Positions 50,766 to 63,905 are shown, counted from the first letter of the stretch. The stretch is 64,000 bases of DNA from Ascoidea asiatica JCM 7603 (GCA_001600695.1 BCKQ01000002.1:127523-191522), one strand, 5' to 3'. Notes: generated from the sequence alone by a model not told the origin. Translations and numbers: made by a program.

Positions 50766-52017
50766 TGTTCAAGCTTTGAGTATTATGTGAACTTTATCAG
50801 CTAGATTGAAATATCTAAATGATTGGTATTAAAAGAAGAGCAAAAGAAAAGAAAATTGGAATTGTTGAAGTAATAATAATAGTAACTTTATACCAACCTA
50901 GTTGAAGTTAATATCTGGTTCTAAAACATTCGCTTATAAATACTGCTTTAAACGGTAACTTTGAATTGGTATTAAAACCTGGTTGTTTCGGTCCTTACAA
51001 CCAAAATATTCAGACATGTAATTAAGTTTCCGGATGGAACAGAGCTGTAACTGGAATTGTAGTTATTAATATACCCTTACAACTGGGATATTATGGAATA
51101 ATAATTAGAAATAAAGCTAAAGTATGCCAGTGACATGTGACCTTTTAGTTACTAAGTTGCAGTTCCGAAGTTTGTTCCATTCATTCCAAAGCGAGAAAAA
51201 TGTGGAAAAGATAAAAAAGATAAAAAAGATAAATTCAACTCTTTCTGGGTTTGAAAATCCTAATTTTCAATTTCAGAAAAAGGTTAACTTGAGTTTTAAT
51301 TATTGTTTTCTTGAAGTTCAGAGCTATTACAATACTCAAAATGTTCTACTAAGGTATTTTAAAAAGGTATAAGAACTTATTTAAATATAATTGAACAATA
51401 ATGCGGTTTTTTTCTGTATCAATATTTGTCAGAAAAAAGATATAATTTTTTTTGTAAAATTCAGAGAAGATAAAATGAGGTTTATGTCTTTGAAGAAGAT
51501 TCTTAGAAACAAGTTGTAACTTTTAGTTTGAATGATGTTCTCGAATCAGTTAAAGAAATCTTTTTGAATTTATAATAAGAAAATTTTTGAAATCTATAGA
51601 AAAGAGAAACTTGTAAAGAACCTACAGTATATAAGGTGTGTAACCCAAATCGAGCTTAAAATAAGTTAATAAATCCTTTAGGTATAATTAAAATAAAAGC
51701 CAAATTTAAAAGAACTAAGTAGAAATCAAATTATTAAAGTAAGTTTATTGATGATGATAAATAATCATAATTACATATGTTCTGTATGTTGAATTGGAAA
51801 TTCATTTATCAGTCAAATTTGTTCATGATTACTTAGTGATATTGATACTGTTTCATTGAAAAAAAAAAAAAAAAAAAAACATTCAGGATGAGCAACATTC
51901 TATATAAGGAATATATCAATTAAAAATGATTATCAATATATAGTATAAATAGTATTATATGATTAAAATATGATTAAAGTATGATTAAAGTATAACAAAT
52001 ATATGACTTTTATTATA

Positions 52018-53067
52018 TTATAAAATTGAATCCATTCTAGAAAAAACACTTAATACAGCAGCTACCACTTCCATTTGAAGATCATTTTTTGGCACACTAT
52101 TAATTTCTTTTTCAACTTCTTCAGCTAAATTTGTACCGATACCTAATTGAGATGGAGAATTTACAAAAGGATAATCGGCATATTCAGTTAAAAGTTCATC
52201 AGCTCTTGCAAAAGCTCTATCACGCTGATCATAACCAAGAGTAATAAGAACATTTTCTAAAACATTTGCAGCATATGCACCACATATTAAAGAAATTGAT
52301 CTTAAATATTTATAAGTTGTATTATCAGGAAATAAAGTTGAAGATGGTAAAGTTACAGTCCTTGAAACTAATAAAGAAACTATTCTTCTTTTTATTTGAT
52401 CTTTTGAATTTGCATCAGCAATTGGATGAGTTGCCATATCAAATAATAAAAAATTTTTTCTTTCAGTTCTTAAAACACCTTTATCAACTAAACCTTTTGC
52501 TAATCTTTCTCTTACTTGTTTTAACTGATAATTAATTTTTAATAAATTCCAAGTTTCTCCACTTAATAAATCAATCCAATTATTAACACTTAAATTTTCT
52601 GGATCATTTTTCATTAATTTTAAAGTTTCATCTAATAAAACTTCACCAGTTAATTTATCATCAATTACTTCAATTAGTCTTTCAGAAAGTTCAAATCTTC
52701 TTCTTGCAGGATCATTAACCATTGCAATTTTACCTCTAAAAGCTAATTCTAAAATTATACAACCACGTAAAGCATATGATATACTATCATTCCAAAAAGA
52801 TAAATAACCTTCTCTATCTTTTAAACCCATTAATAAAACTTCTTCCATTAAAGTTAAAACAGGAATTTTTTTATCAGTTGGATTATTTTGTTCTAAATCA
52901 GTAGGATCATAAGCAATTTTATGATTTGAATTATTTGTAGAATTTGAAGAAGGTGTTGGTTGTATAAAACTTGATCTTGGAGAAGTATTAAAAGTAGAAG
53001 CAGAAGAATGATCATTAACATTAGAAGAAGCTCTAACTCTACGACGTTGTAAATTACCAGATGACAT
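52018..53067 (-). CDS. VPS74: Golgi PI4P effector Vps74/GOLPH3
   Basis: [64 protein letters not shown]. Confidence 0.97.
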   Translation of the reverse strand: MSSGNLQRRRVRASSNVNDHSSASTFNTSPRSSFIQPTPSSNSTNNSNHKIAYDPTDLEQNNPTDKKIPVLTLMEEVLLMGLKDREGYLSFWNDSISYALRGCIILELAFRGKIAMVNDPARRRFELSERLIEVIDDKLTGEVLLDETLKLMKNDPENLSVNNWIDLLSGETWNLLKINYQLKQVRERLAKGLVDKGVLRTERKNFLLFDMATHPIADANSKDQIKRRIVSLLVSRTVTLPSSTLFPDNTTYKYLRSISLICGAYAANVLENVLITLGYDQRDRAFARADELLTEYADYPFVNSPSQLGIGTNLAEEVEKEINSVPKNDLQMEVVAAVLSVFSRMDSIL

Positions 53068-54057
53068 AATGTATGTGTATAAATTGATATTAACACTAAT
53101 ATATTCTGTTTATATTATTAAAGATTCTCTTTATCTGATAGTCATATATTTTTGTATAGATATGGATATAAATATGGATATTGATAATTATTGATAATTA
53201 TTTATAATTGTTTTATAATTATGGATACTTTTTGATGAATGTTGATGAACGTTGCCTCTTTCTGATTGCTATTAATAAGTAATTGTTATTCTGTTGTTAT
53301 TATTATTGGTAATTATTAATATTTGTTGATAAATTGTTGATTAATTGATGAATAATTGAAGAAAATCAGTTTCGTTCATAACTTGGAGGTGTTATTTTTC
53401 AATAATTAACTTAGGTGAAATCTAACGTTGAAATTCAGAGATTTGAATGCATGGACAGATGAATGTCAGATTTGAGTGCAATGATACCATTTCAGTGCTG
53501 AGCTGGAGCAGTGCTGGAGTTGTTAAGAGCTGTTAAGAGTTGTTAGTTGTTACAGTAAAGTAGCTAGTTTACTTTTCTGCTTTACTCCTTAAGTTACTTT
53601 CTTTACGATTCCGCACCGCTGACACATGCCTGACGTAAGCATGAGTAGTGGGAAACTCCGAAAAAGCGACGTTAATGTGTGGCTAGTGTTACCTATTGAA
53701 GCACATTTTCTGGGGCTTGTTTCGGTGTCTGCTTTTTTGTAAGCCTTCGGTGGATAAGCCGCTGCTGCTGCTGCTGGGAGGAAGTGCGCTTGTGTCGAAA
53801 AATAAACCTGAAACTGAATTCCACTGCTCAATTCAATTCAATCCACTTCAAATTCACCAGCATCGAAAAATTTATCAGAGTTAATCAATGACTTTTCAGA
53901 AGCACAACCCGAAAATTGAACAATTAATTATATTATCATATGAGCAAACGTTAATGAAAAAAAAAAAAATGAAAAAGAATAATTTATTATTATTATATAT
54001 ACAGTATATCACTATTTACAATCATTTCATACCATAACCCTTTATTGTATTGATTGT

Positions 54058-54456
54058 TTATCTTTCATTTATTTGACTTAATTTTTTCAATTTATGGTAT
54101 TCTTCTGAAGGATTAAAATTACCTGAAGACAATTTTTCATATGTTTCATCATATCTCCCAGTCGATAATGATCCATTTCCTGAAAATCGTTTACTACGAT
54201 CAATTATACCTTTTTTACATTCTAAAAATTCTTTCATTTCCGCCAAACAAAGTTCTGGTAAAGTTTTTAATAATTCAGGTTTTGTAACACAATCTTTAGG
54301 AGTATTTCTTTCAATTAATACACATGGGCTTCTTTGAAGGCATATTGCCATTCTTTTCTTTTGATCTTTGCAACTATAATAAATATTTATTAGTTAATGT
54401 TCTAAACCAATCATCATAATTAATTGAAAAATAATATTAACTTACCTGGCTGGCAT
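54058..54456 (-). CDS. PET191: Cytochrome c oxidase assembly factor Pet191/COA5; exons 54446-54456 and 54058-54373
   Basis: ATG CCA GCC AG|GTAAGT..TAACTAAT..TAG|T TGC AAA GAT gives MPASCKDQKKRMAICLQRSPC (108 aa) with the family Cys pattern. Confidence 0.92.
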
Positions 54457-55396
54457 TTTAAAAGTTTTTAACTACAAACAATCAACTATTCAAACACTTC
54501 AAAGAAGCATATAAAATCAGAATATGAACCAAAAGTACCAAAAGAACCAAAAGAACCACTTCGTTCTCTTCTCTCTTCTCTTTCACTCTCGAGGATTATT
54601 GCTCAGTTACTCCATACACGTGATGTTTGCTTACAAAATGTCAACGTTACCGACAGCGTGAAAACTAGTAATGTTAATGTTAACGTTATTTCAACTCTAT
54701 CATTTATCATTTATTGGAATTTATTGCAATTCGAGAAACAAGGTGAAAGAATTAAAGAAATTAGAAAGAAAACTTATTTTGAAATAATGGAAATAAATCT
54801 TTGTAAATTGATCAATTTCTAATTAATAATATAATATAATACAATACGTCCTTATTCAAAAGTATCATTATTTTTATTTTTCTTGTCTTAAAACGCACAA
54901 GTCTTATATCATACTTCTTATTATAAACTTACAACCACTCTTAAAATAAATAAAATAAAAAAATTTCTAACAAAAAAACAACAGAAGAACGAAAAGAAAC
55001 AAAATAAATACTTTATATATATAAAAGAGAAAAAAAAAATACATATTGACATTGAAGCTGACAATAAAATTGAAATTGAAATTGAAATTGAAACTGAAAC
55101 TGAAGTTGAATTTAATACTTATAATCATATTATTATTTATATTGATATTTTTTTATATCAATTTTCACGTAAATGAATTCTTTTTCTTTTTTTTTTTTTT
55201 ATTGTTGATCTTAATACAGCATTCATTTTTTCATTCTAATGTATAATTATATTCAATCAAATCTTATGACAAAATTTGAAATTTAAAATTTAAAATTTAA
55301 CATACAGTGTATAAGAGAAAAGATTTTTTAATTAATAATTTAATTCCTATTAGTAAAAACCAATTTAAATTTTATTTTAAATTAATTTAAAATATT

Positions 55397-56947
55397 TTAT
55401 AATTCTAAAGCAACTATTCTTTTATTCAGATATGAAAATTCAGATTTTTCATTAACTAAAATATTTTCATTTTTTTCTAAATATTTTGAAGATTTTAAAG
55501 GTTTTGAACTTTTTAAACTAATTCGATATAATTCTTTAACAAAACTTTTACCCCAATAAGCACTTGTATATTTACTAATATAATTAAATAATTTATCATG
55601 CATTGCTTTTCTTTTTTCAAAAGGTAAAGTTAAAGATTCATGAATTGCATTTGATAAATCTTCAATGTTCCATGGATTTACAATTATTGAACCATCAAGA
55701 GATTGTGCAGCACCTGCAAATTCTGATAATATTAAAACACCTTTATTATCTTGTTGACATGCAATATATTCATAAGAAACAAGATTCATACCATCTCTTG
55801 TTGAACTTACAAGACAAACATCTGATATATGATATAAAGCAATTAATTCATTAAATGGAATTGATTTATGCATGAAATGAATTGGAACAAAATCAATTGT
55901 ACCAAATTGTCCATTGATTCTACCAACTAATTCATTTACAACAGATCTTAAAGATTGATATTCTTCAACATCACCTCTTGAAGGTATAGCTAATTGAACT
56001 AAAATTACTTTACCTCTCCATTCAGGATGTTCATTTAAAAAAACTTCAAAAGCATGTAATTTTTGTGGAACACCTTTAATATAATCTAATCTATCAACAC
56101 CAACAATAATTTTAATATCATTACCAATTTTTTTTTTTAAATCTAAAATTCTTTCAATTACAGAAGGAATTTTTAAACCTTCAACAAATTTATCAACATC
56201 AATACCGATTGGAAAAGCTCCAACACTAACTTGTCTACCATTATATTCAACAGAATTTGGTAAAGTATTTAAATTTAAAATTTTCGCAGCAGATGATAAA
56301 AAATGTCTTGCATAATCATAAGTATGAAAACCAATTAAATCACAACTTAAAACACCTTGTAAAATTTCTTTTCTAACAGGTAAAATTCTATAAATTTCAC
56401 TTGATGGAAATGGTGTATGTAAAAAAAAACCAAGTTTAATATTATTTAATATAGCTCCAGATTTATTTAATAATTTTATATCATGTCTTAACATTTCTGG
56501 TAATAACATTAAATGATAATCATGAACCCAAACCATATCATTTTCTTTAACAACAGAAGCTATAGTTTTTGAAAATAATTTATTTGCTTCATTATAAGCA
56601 ATCCAAGCATTTTCATCAAAATTTATTTCACCAGGATGATAATGAAATAAAGGCCATAAAATTGAATTTGAAAACCCATTATAATGTAAATCAGCAATTT
56701 CATCAGATAGAAAAATTGGAATACAATTAAATTTATTAATTAAATCATTTTTAACAATTTCTTGTTCATCTTCAGGGATTTCTATACCTGGCCAACCAAA
56801 CCATTGAAAACTTGTTGATTTTTTAAGACCTTCTAAAGCAGTTACAAGACCACCAGAAGACATTGAATAATCATAAGAACCATCAGACTTTCTTTTGATT
56901 GTTACCGGTAATCTATTTGAGATTACTAAAACATTTCCATCAACCAT
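55397..56947 (-). CDS. TPS1: Trehalose-6-phosphate synthase
   Basis: VISNRLP, SSGGLV, WVHDYHL, GFFLHTPFPSSE, GVDRLDYIKG, DGMNLVSYEY. Confidence 0.97.
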   Translation of the reverse strand: MVDGNVLVISNRLPVTIKRKSDGSYDYSMSSGGLVTALEGLKKSTSFQWFGWPGIEIPEDEQEIVKNDLINKFNCIPIFLSDEIADLHYNGFSNSILWPLFHYHPGEINFDENAWIAYNEANKLFSKTIASVVKENDMVWVHDYHLMLLPEMLRHDIKLLNKSGAILNNIKLGFFLHTPFPSSEIYRILPVRKEILQGVLSCDLIGFHTYDYARHFLSSAAKILNLNTLPNSVEYNGRQVSVGAFPIGIDVDKFVEGLKIPSVIERILDLKKKIGNDIKIIVGVDRLDYIKGVPQKLHAFEVFLNEHPEWRGKVILVQLAIPSRGDVEEYQSLRSVVNELVGRINGQFGTIDFVPIHFMHKSIPFNELIALYHISDVCLVSSTRDGMNLVSYEYIACQQDNKGVLILSEFAGAAQSLDGSIIVNPWNIEDLSNAIHESLTLPFEKRKAMHDKLFNYISKYTSAYWGKSFVKELYRISLKSSKPLKSSKYLEKNENILVNEKSEFSYLNKRIVALEL

Positions 56948-57718
56948 TTTAAATATATAATAAAGTTTAAAAATATAGTATTTTATTATAATATTATAAT
57001 AATAAGAGGGAAAAACAAATTTAATAATTTAAATTTGAAATTTTTTATGAAATAAATATTAATTATGTCAATTGATTAAATAATATATTGGATATATTGA
57101 GATATATTGAGATATGTTGAGATATATATAAAAGAAGTTAATTTCTTCACTAATAAGTTTTATCCGGATAGATTGATCTTTGAGATACGATAAGAGTAAA
57201 ATTAAGTAGCAGATATAACTTTAGATATAATAAAGGATTGTCAATAAATTGTTATTAATAATATAATTGATAATTGCAGTTTATAATTGAATTAAAATAT
57301 TAAAAAACTTTACACATTAATTGAAAATCAGATAAAATAACAGACCAATAATAATGTATGTTTTAAGTTTATTAAATGATTTGAACCAAAAAAAAAATCC
57401 AATTGAAGAAAGTACAAAAAAGTTTCTAAAGATTCAAAAGTAAAATAAAAATTTGAATATGATAAATAAGAAAAGCGAGTAAATATAATTTTAAATTTTT
57501 TTCTTTTTTTTTTTTCTAATTATTTTATTTAATTTTATTTGATTAAATATAATCTAAGCAAGACAAAAGATTCATTTTTTTTTTTCAATGGATGATGTTC
57601 TTGATAATGCTTCAACGATGAGATTTTGACTTTTAAACCTTTTTTTTTTAGTGTGAAGTTACGGTTACCAAGTAGCTACCGTAGGCACCCAATGCGCGCT
57701 ATTTGCATGACCATAATG

Positions 57719-58421
57719 CCGGGGGTGGGTGTAAACCGGGAAAGACAAGGAACCAAAAAACAAGTCACGCCACCTGTGTTAAGACAGTAAACTCCCAGCC
57801 AAATACAGAAGTTCCGGGGGTAGTTTGAAAGCTGGTTTGAGGGTTGGAGTGGTCTTGCTCAGGTGTTTAGTCCACTTTTAAAGACCGGCAACTTAACGTG
57901 GAAAGGTCTTAAAACTGCACACCTCGTGGGACCGCCAGACTCAGAGCCAACCGCATCCCTTTCCGAAGTGCAACGCTGAGATTCACCACTGGCCACTCGT
58001 TTGCAAAACAGAGATAGAATTGGTTGTCTCCTGGTCAGGTATGAGTCTCGTAACCTTGTTAATGCTCTCGTACTGGCCATAGAAGCACCACGTGGCTTTG
58101 CAGTATTCCCAGGGGGGAATACCTGGGAAATAGGATCTTCCTGGTGAATGTATCCCTGGCTAAATGGTGGTTAATTCATTCTTCCTTGGCGGTAAAAAAA
58201 AATTGTCAGTCAATGTAATGTTTCTAATCGCTGTGACTTCAATATCCGTGCCAGGGTCCGTTCAGATATCCTTATCCGGGCATCCCCAAAACCAAAGGAT
58301 CTAACACTTCGAACATATTTAGTAAAACTCTTGAAAGGAAAGCCAAAGGAACAAGACAATAATGATAGCATACTGTACCATACAGTGATGGTGATGGTGC
58401 TTATGGTGAACCTGGAGGGGA
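57719..58421. promoter_or_regulatory. GC-rich TPS1 upstream region with STRE- and Mig1-like sites
   Basis: AGGGG at 58111 and about 58416, CCGGGG(G) at 57719 and 57814, CCACGTGG at 58088. Confidence 0.4.
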
Positions 58422-59545
58422 ACTGAGAATGAGTTGTATTGAAATTTTCGAAAGCGAAATTCTGGAAAATGAAATATTCCAGTAGCGAGCTGAAATAATT
58501 TGTTGTTTCACTACGTAATAGAAAATTATGAGAATTATGAGACTTTGATATGAGCCGTTGGGTAAATGAGTTCCAACAGGTTTTCACTCAAGACCAGCCG
58601 AATCGCTTGCAGCCATTCACCACTCTTCACTTGCTCACGTGGTGTCCCAGACAGCTGGTGTTGTCCGAAATGTCCCGAGAAAAGACACAGTTCAGACAAG
58701 TTCAAGACAAATCCGAGACAAGAAAGTTGATTAGCTCAACTCTCAAACACGAAAAGCTGTTTTTTTCCTGGCTTTTCTCAGAACATGGATTTTCTCTCTC
58801 TGTTGCACTGCTTTTGAGTGTTTTTCTGAAGCATTTTTCTTCTTTTTCTTCTTTTGCTTCTTCTTCTTTTCTTCAGTTCTAGATATATGACGGAATCCAA
58901 AAACATCTATTATCAAATATTTCCTCTCCAATGGGATCAAATTACTATCCCGATACAATTATGGATGAAATACTAAATAAAGCAAGATATAAAAAAGAGA
59001 ACAAACAAAAATGGTAACCCATACCTAGGTTAAGTCAATTATTTAACTCGCCACTCTTTGCTCATCATAATTTATGGACTCGATGATCTGTTTAGAATTT
59101 TAAAGAATTTATTGTCAATTGCTACCGGGAATACAGTAAGATTCAAAATCTCTATTCAATTCATCATCATCAACATCATCGATATCATCGACATCATCAA
59201 TACCATCAATATTATCATTATCATCATGATAATCTTCTTCTTATTTATTAGAATCTATGCTTTTTCGACAAATCTGAAATCGGCGCTTAAGCTAAGATAA
59301 TAAGCTGGGTTTACTCTAATAGAATGGATCCGCAAAACTGGTTTCAAACTTAAAATCAGATTTTTATTTTATGTCACAAAAAAACCGATTTTGAAAGTCA
59401 AAACAATTGAATAAATAAATAAACAAAAAAAATAAATAAACAAACAAATCTGATTAAATAAATTTCAAATAATATCTTTTATATCTTATTAAAAACTATC
59501 AATTCTTTTTCAAATCAATATTTAATTAAATAAATTTATCAGTTT

Positions 59546-60754
59546 ATGATCATGAGTATTCCATTATCTGATATTAATATTTTAAATCAAATTCAAAATA
59601 AAATTATTACCGATAATACTCAATTTTCAAAAGCTAAATCAAATTATAGTAAAAATTTAATTACTTTAATAAATGAGATTAATGAAGAAATTAAACTTAA
59701 TAAATCTTTAAAATCTCTTGATGATATAAATAATTATTATCAATTATTATTAAAAGATCCAAGATTTTTAAAAAAAATTATAGATAAAAGAATTTTAAAT
59801 TTTTCAAATCTAAAATTTACTTATATTGAACAATTTACAAAAATTAAATTTTTACAAAATTTATTTAATTCAGTTTTTATTAATGATAATGATATTCAAA
59901 AATTAATTGAGAAAAATAATGATTTGAAATTTTCAAATTTAAATATTAAAAAAGAAAAAAGAGAAGATTTATTAATTAAAATTGATGAAATTTTAATTTC
60001 TAATAATCAAAAATTTATTAATATAAATAATTTAAATTCAAAAAATCAAATTTTAAAAAATCAAAATTTACAATTGATTCAAAAAATAAATAATTTAAAA
60101 ACTATAAAAAATAATAAGATATTATCAATTGAAGAAAAAAATTTAAATAATCAATTACAAGCTTTACTATATAATAATACTGATAATGATTCTTTAACTA
60201 ATAAAGAAAATGAAATAATTAACACCAATTTAAATAATTCTTTAAATTCAAATGAACTTTTCAATCATAATAATATAAATAAGCATGAAATTATTGAGAA
60301 AAATAATTTAGAATTATTTACAAAATTAAATTCAAGTAATTTAATTCAAGATTTGTTAAATTTTAGAAAATCTTCAGTTAAAAATATTCAAAACTCAAAA
60401 TTAAATATTTTAATTAATACTTCTGATCAACAAACAGTTGAAATTAATTCGTTAAATGAAAAAAAAAGAAAATATAATGAGTTTGTTAATCTTGAAAAAC
60501 TTAAAGGTAATGAAATTTTTTTATCAAATAATAATCTTAAAAAACAAAAAACAAAAAGAAGAAGTTCAATTTTTTTATTAAATGGCAATATTGGTAATAT
60601 TGGTAATTTTAATGATGAGAATGAAAAACAACAAAATTTACAAATTTTACAGAGAAAAAATCAAGAAAAAAAATTTAAAAAACTTGAATTGATCAGTGAT
60701 AAACTTATAAAGGAAGTTAAAATCATGGAAATTATAAATAACCATTTACATTGA
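59546..60754 (+). CDS. KRE28: Kinetochore Spc105 partner Kre28/Sos7 (Zwint-like)
   Basis: FSNLKFTYIEQFTKIKFLQNL resembles the Sos7 motif (F-x-x-L-x-F-x-Y-x-E-Q-x-T-K-x-x-F) and is followed by a coiled coil. Confidence 0.65.
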   Translation: MIMSIPLSDINILNQIQNKIITDNTQFSKAKSNYSKNLITLINEINEEIKLNKSLKSLDDINNYYQLLLKDPRFLKKIIDKRILNFSNLKFTYIEQFTKIKFLQNLFNSVFINDNDIQKLIEKNNDLKFSNLNIKKEKREDLLIKIDEILISNNQKFININNLNSKNQILKNQNLQLIQKINNLKTIKNNKILSIEEKNLNNQLQALLYNNTDNDSLTNKENEIINTNLNNSLNSNELFNHNNINKHEIIEKNNLELFTKLNSSNLIQDLLNFRKSSVKNIQNSKLNILINTSDQQTVEINSLNEKKRKYNEFVNLEKLKGNEIFLSNNNLKKQKTKRRSSIFLLNGNIGNIGNFNDENEKQQNLQILQRKNQEKKFKKLELISDKLIKEVKIMEIINNHLH

Positions 60755-60802
60755 TTATATACACTAATGGAATTAATTTTATTTTCATAAAAATAATGAT
60801 TA

Positions 60803-62431
60803 CTACACGTCTAAAATATTAATATCTTCATCATATTCAATAAGTTCGTCATCATTTTCGTCATCATTTCCTTCATCCGAGCTTTCTTCTTGAGATATGC
60901 TGAAGTCTGATTGCTCTTCATCAGAACCAGAACCAAATTCAGATTCAGATTCAGAACTAGATGGAGTATTAGATTCAGATGGTCTTTGTGATTCTGAATG
61001 GGAATCTGAATGGAAATGTGAGACTAATTCATTTTCTAAAATTTGATCATTATCGGATTCTTGATCATTGTCAGATTCTTGATCAGTGTCAGACTCTTGA
61101 TTTGTTTCATTTTTCTTTTCATTATTCAAATCATCTTCTGATGTATTATTGATATGCAATTTTTGATTCATTGATTCAACATCTTTTGAAGATAAACCTT
61201 CGAAGTATGGGTTACAATAAAATACATTATGATTACATCTTAAACATTTCCAGTAATCTCCTTCATCATAATCTTCTTGATTATAAATATTATTATCAAT
61301 TTCATTATCATTATCATAATTTTCATCCTTCAAATTTTTGTTATAATTAAATTCATCATTTTCAATTTTTTTAAAATTTGAAACATCAGATTGATACATT
61401 TCTAATTTTGATAAAATACACATATAACAATAAACATGACCACAATTTGTAATATATGGATTAATAATATAATTTAAATTAATATTATTATTATTTGGAT
61501 TATTCAAATTTTTTGAATAACAAATTGGACAAATTGAAATTGGTAAATGATTCAAAAAATTTGAATTTGTATCGTCATTATTACTATTATTAGTATTGTC
61601 ATTACTATTGTTGAATTTTTGTTTTAGATCATTTTCATTTTTATTTAAATAATTATTTGAAATAAATTTCCCAATTTTATTTTTTTTTAAAAAATAATTA
61701 TTTTTATTTTTGAAATTTTTTAAAAATTTCTTTCTTGATTTATTTAAAGATAAATTATTTTTTTGTAAGATTGGTAAAAAAAATATTAAAAATTCAATAA
61801 ATGAATCCCAAATTAATTGCCTATTTTGAAATTCAAAATTAACATTACCTTTATTTGAAATTTCAAATTGAGTTGAGGTTGGTTTCACAGTTAATTTCAA
61901 GAGATAATGAGAAATTGATTGATATTTACCATCAAATAAAAATTTTATAAATATTAAAAGTTTTAAAATTGAAGAATAATTCAATAATTTAATAAGTAGT
62001 GATTTAATGGAATTTAAAGTTTTATTTAATGTTTCATTTTTGAATAAATTATTATTTTCAGAATAAAGGATTGAATCAAGTTTTGAATTTAAATAATCTA
62101 AAAGTATAAATAAGATATAAAAATAAATTTTAATTTTTTTTGATAATAACTTGTTTTTATTATTCGATATTAGTCTTAAATTTTGAAGTAAATAACCATA
62201 AGTTGAAGAAGAATTATCCCATAAAGTAAATTTAAAAAGTAAGGATTTCAATACCAATTGTATTTCAGAAGAATAATTATGAGCTATGAAAGAATAATTG
62301 GTATTGAATTTATTGAATATGGAAAGAGAAGATTTATATAATGTATTAAAGATCTCTTGATCTAGTAAAGTTGCATCTAATTGAGAGACTCTTGTAATAG
62401 GATACGGTTTTGGTAAAAAGTTGAGTGCCAT
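60803..62431 (-). CDS. PEX2: RING peroxin Pex2
   Basis: RVSQLDATLLDQE, STYGYLLQNL, VNFEFQNRQLIWDSFIEFL, RING CPIC..CGHVYCYMC..CLRC. ATG at 62431. Confidence 0.92.
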   Translation of the reverse strand: MALNFLPKPYPITRVSQLDATLLDQEIFNTLYKSSLSIFNKFNTNYSFIAHNYSSEIQLVLKSLLFKFTLWDNSSSTYGYLLQNLRLISNNKNKLLSKKIKIYFYILFILLDYLNSKLDSILYSENNNLFKNETLNKTLNSIKSLLIKLLNYSSILKLLIFIKFLFDGKYQSISHYLLKLTVKPTSTQFEISNKGNVNFEFQNRQLIWDSFIEFLIFFLPILQKNNLSLNKSRKKFLKNFKNKNNYFLKKNKIGKFISNNYLNKNENDLKQKFNNSNDNTNNSNNDDTNSNFLNHLPISICPICYSKNLNNPNNNNINLNYIINPYITNCGHVYCYMCILSKLEMYQSDVSNFKKIENDEFNYNKNLKDENYDNDNEIDNNIYNQEDYDEGDYWKCLRCNHNVFYCNPYFEGLSSKDVESMNQKLHINNTSEDDLNNEKKNETNQESDTDQESDNDQESDNDQILENELVSHFHSDSHSESQRPSESNTPSSSESESEFGSGSDEEQSDFSISQEESSDEGNDDENDDELIEYDEDINILDV

Positions 62432-63098
62432 TATAAAAACTAAATATAATAATTTTTGAAAGAAAATTGATCTGTATAAAAAAGTAGAGAAGCAAAGTAG
62501 CAAAGTAGCAAAGAATCAGTGAATTATATCCCAACCATTTCGATTATTTCATCTACACCTTTATTTTGTATATGTTTGCTCCACAAGCTGTTTAAGTGCT
62601 TTATGTGGATTATGGGATATACTATAAGTTAACCGGATTGGGTAAAAATATCAAGTTAGCAAACCCCGAGGTAGTAATCGTGACTTATTTAAAATTATTT
62701 GAATTCCGACTTTAATTTGAAAAGTATTACCTATTATGGACACTGTACTCAGAGACCGGAACTGTGGATTTTGTTTTGTTACACAAGAATCGCGGATTCC
62801 GGCTCCGTCCGCCCCTGCGCCGTTGAAAATCGCAAGTGAAAAATGCATCTTTTCAATGCTCTCCTGAAATGGAAAAAGAGAAATCACAAAAGTTTAGATC
62901 ACAAACAACACCAAAACTGTCCTTAGAAGAAGAGTATCAAGAAGAATTATTGCCAAAATTATCTCAATCGCTATTGAATTATTCGTTTATTTTATATTTA
63001 TATACCTCTTACTTCTTTATTTGACTTTTTATTTTTCATTTTTCGTTTTAATAAGAATTATTGTTTGAAGAGCTTGTATATGATTCCATCTTTAGCAA

Positions 63099-63475
63099 AT
63101 GTCTACTCATCAACCACAGGAAATACAGGAAATACAGCAAAGTATTCAAGGTCAACAGATTATAATTGAGACTAAGAGTCCACTTCATTATTCTCCAGAA
63201 TTCAAACTTGAAATAGTGAAAAATTTAAAACCTTCACATTATATTGATCAATACACTTCAAGAGCTGTTTATCATCTCTGGGCTTCTTTATTTCTTGAAT
63301 TCAAAAAAGGTTATATAATATCTCAAAAGACTTTATGGACTGAATATTGTACTTTTTTCAATATTACTTTACAGTCAATCAATTCTGATTCAAGTTCTTC
63401 CAGTTACACTTCTAGTTCTAATTCCTCAGGTGGTCCAGACTCCAACAATAATACTTCAAATACTAATCTTTCAAA

Positions 63476-63506
<31 letters not shown>

Positions 63507-63905
63507 GAAAATTCAAATAAATTAAAATTAAAAGTGATACCTGAATTTTTTAGACAAATTTTAGAAACAACAAAAGGTCCATATCTCTTTAAATATGATG
63601 ATAATAATTTTGTTGTAAAAGATATTGCTTTTAAAAAAATTCCATTATCTCTACAAAGTTTTAAAAAAATAATATCTTTAAATAAAGCATATTCTGATAA
63701 AAAAAAAATTGATAAAAGAAATTCAATTAAATTTTTACAATTAGAGTTATTATATATTGCTTTAGTATTCAATTTATGGGCTAATACTAATTTAGAATTC
63801 AAACAAGGTTCTTATACAAATTTAAATGATTTATGGTTAAATTATAATTTACATTTTAATACTCTAATAAATACAATCAATAATTCTTCTATAAATACAA
63901 ATACA

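Noticed and set aside
51749-51860. Box C-like RTGATGA motifs (also near 47684) as possible snoRNAs
   Set aside because: No suitably placed box D (CTGA), terminal stem or recognisable rRNA guide.
54440-54449. ACTTACCTGG resembles the 5' end of U1 snRNA
   Set aside because: It is the reverse complement of the PET191 exon/intron junction CCAG|GTAAGT, and no U1 structure follows.
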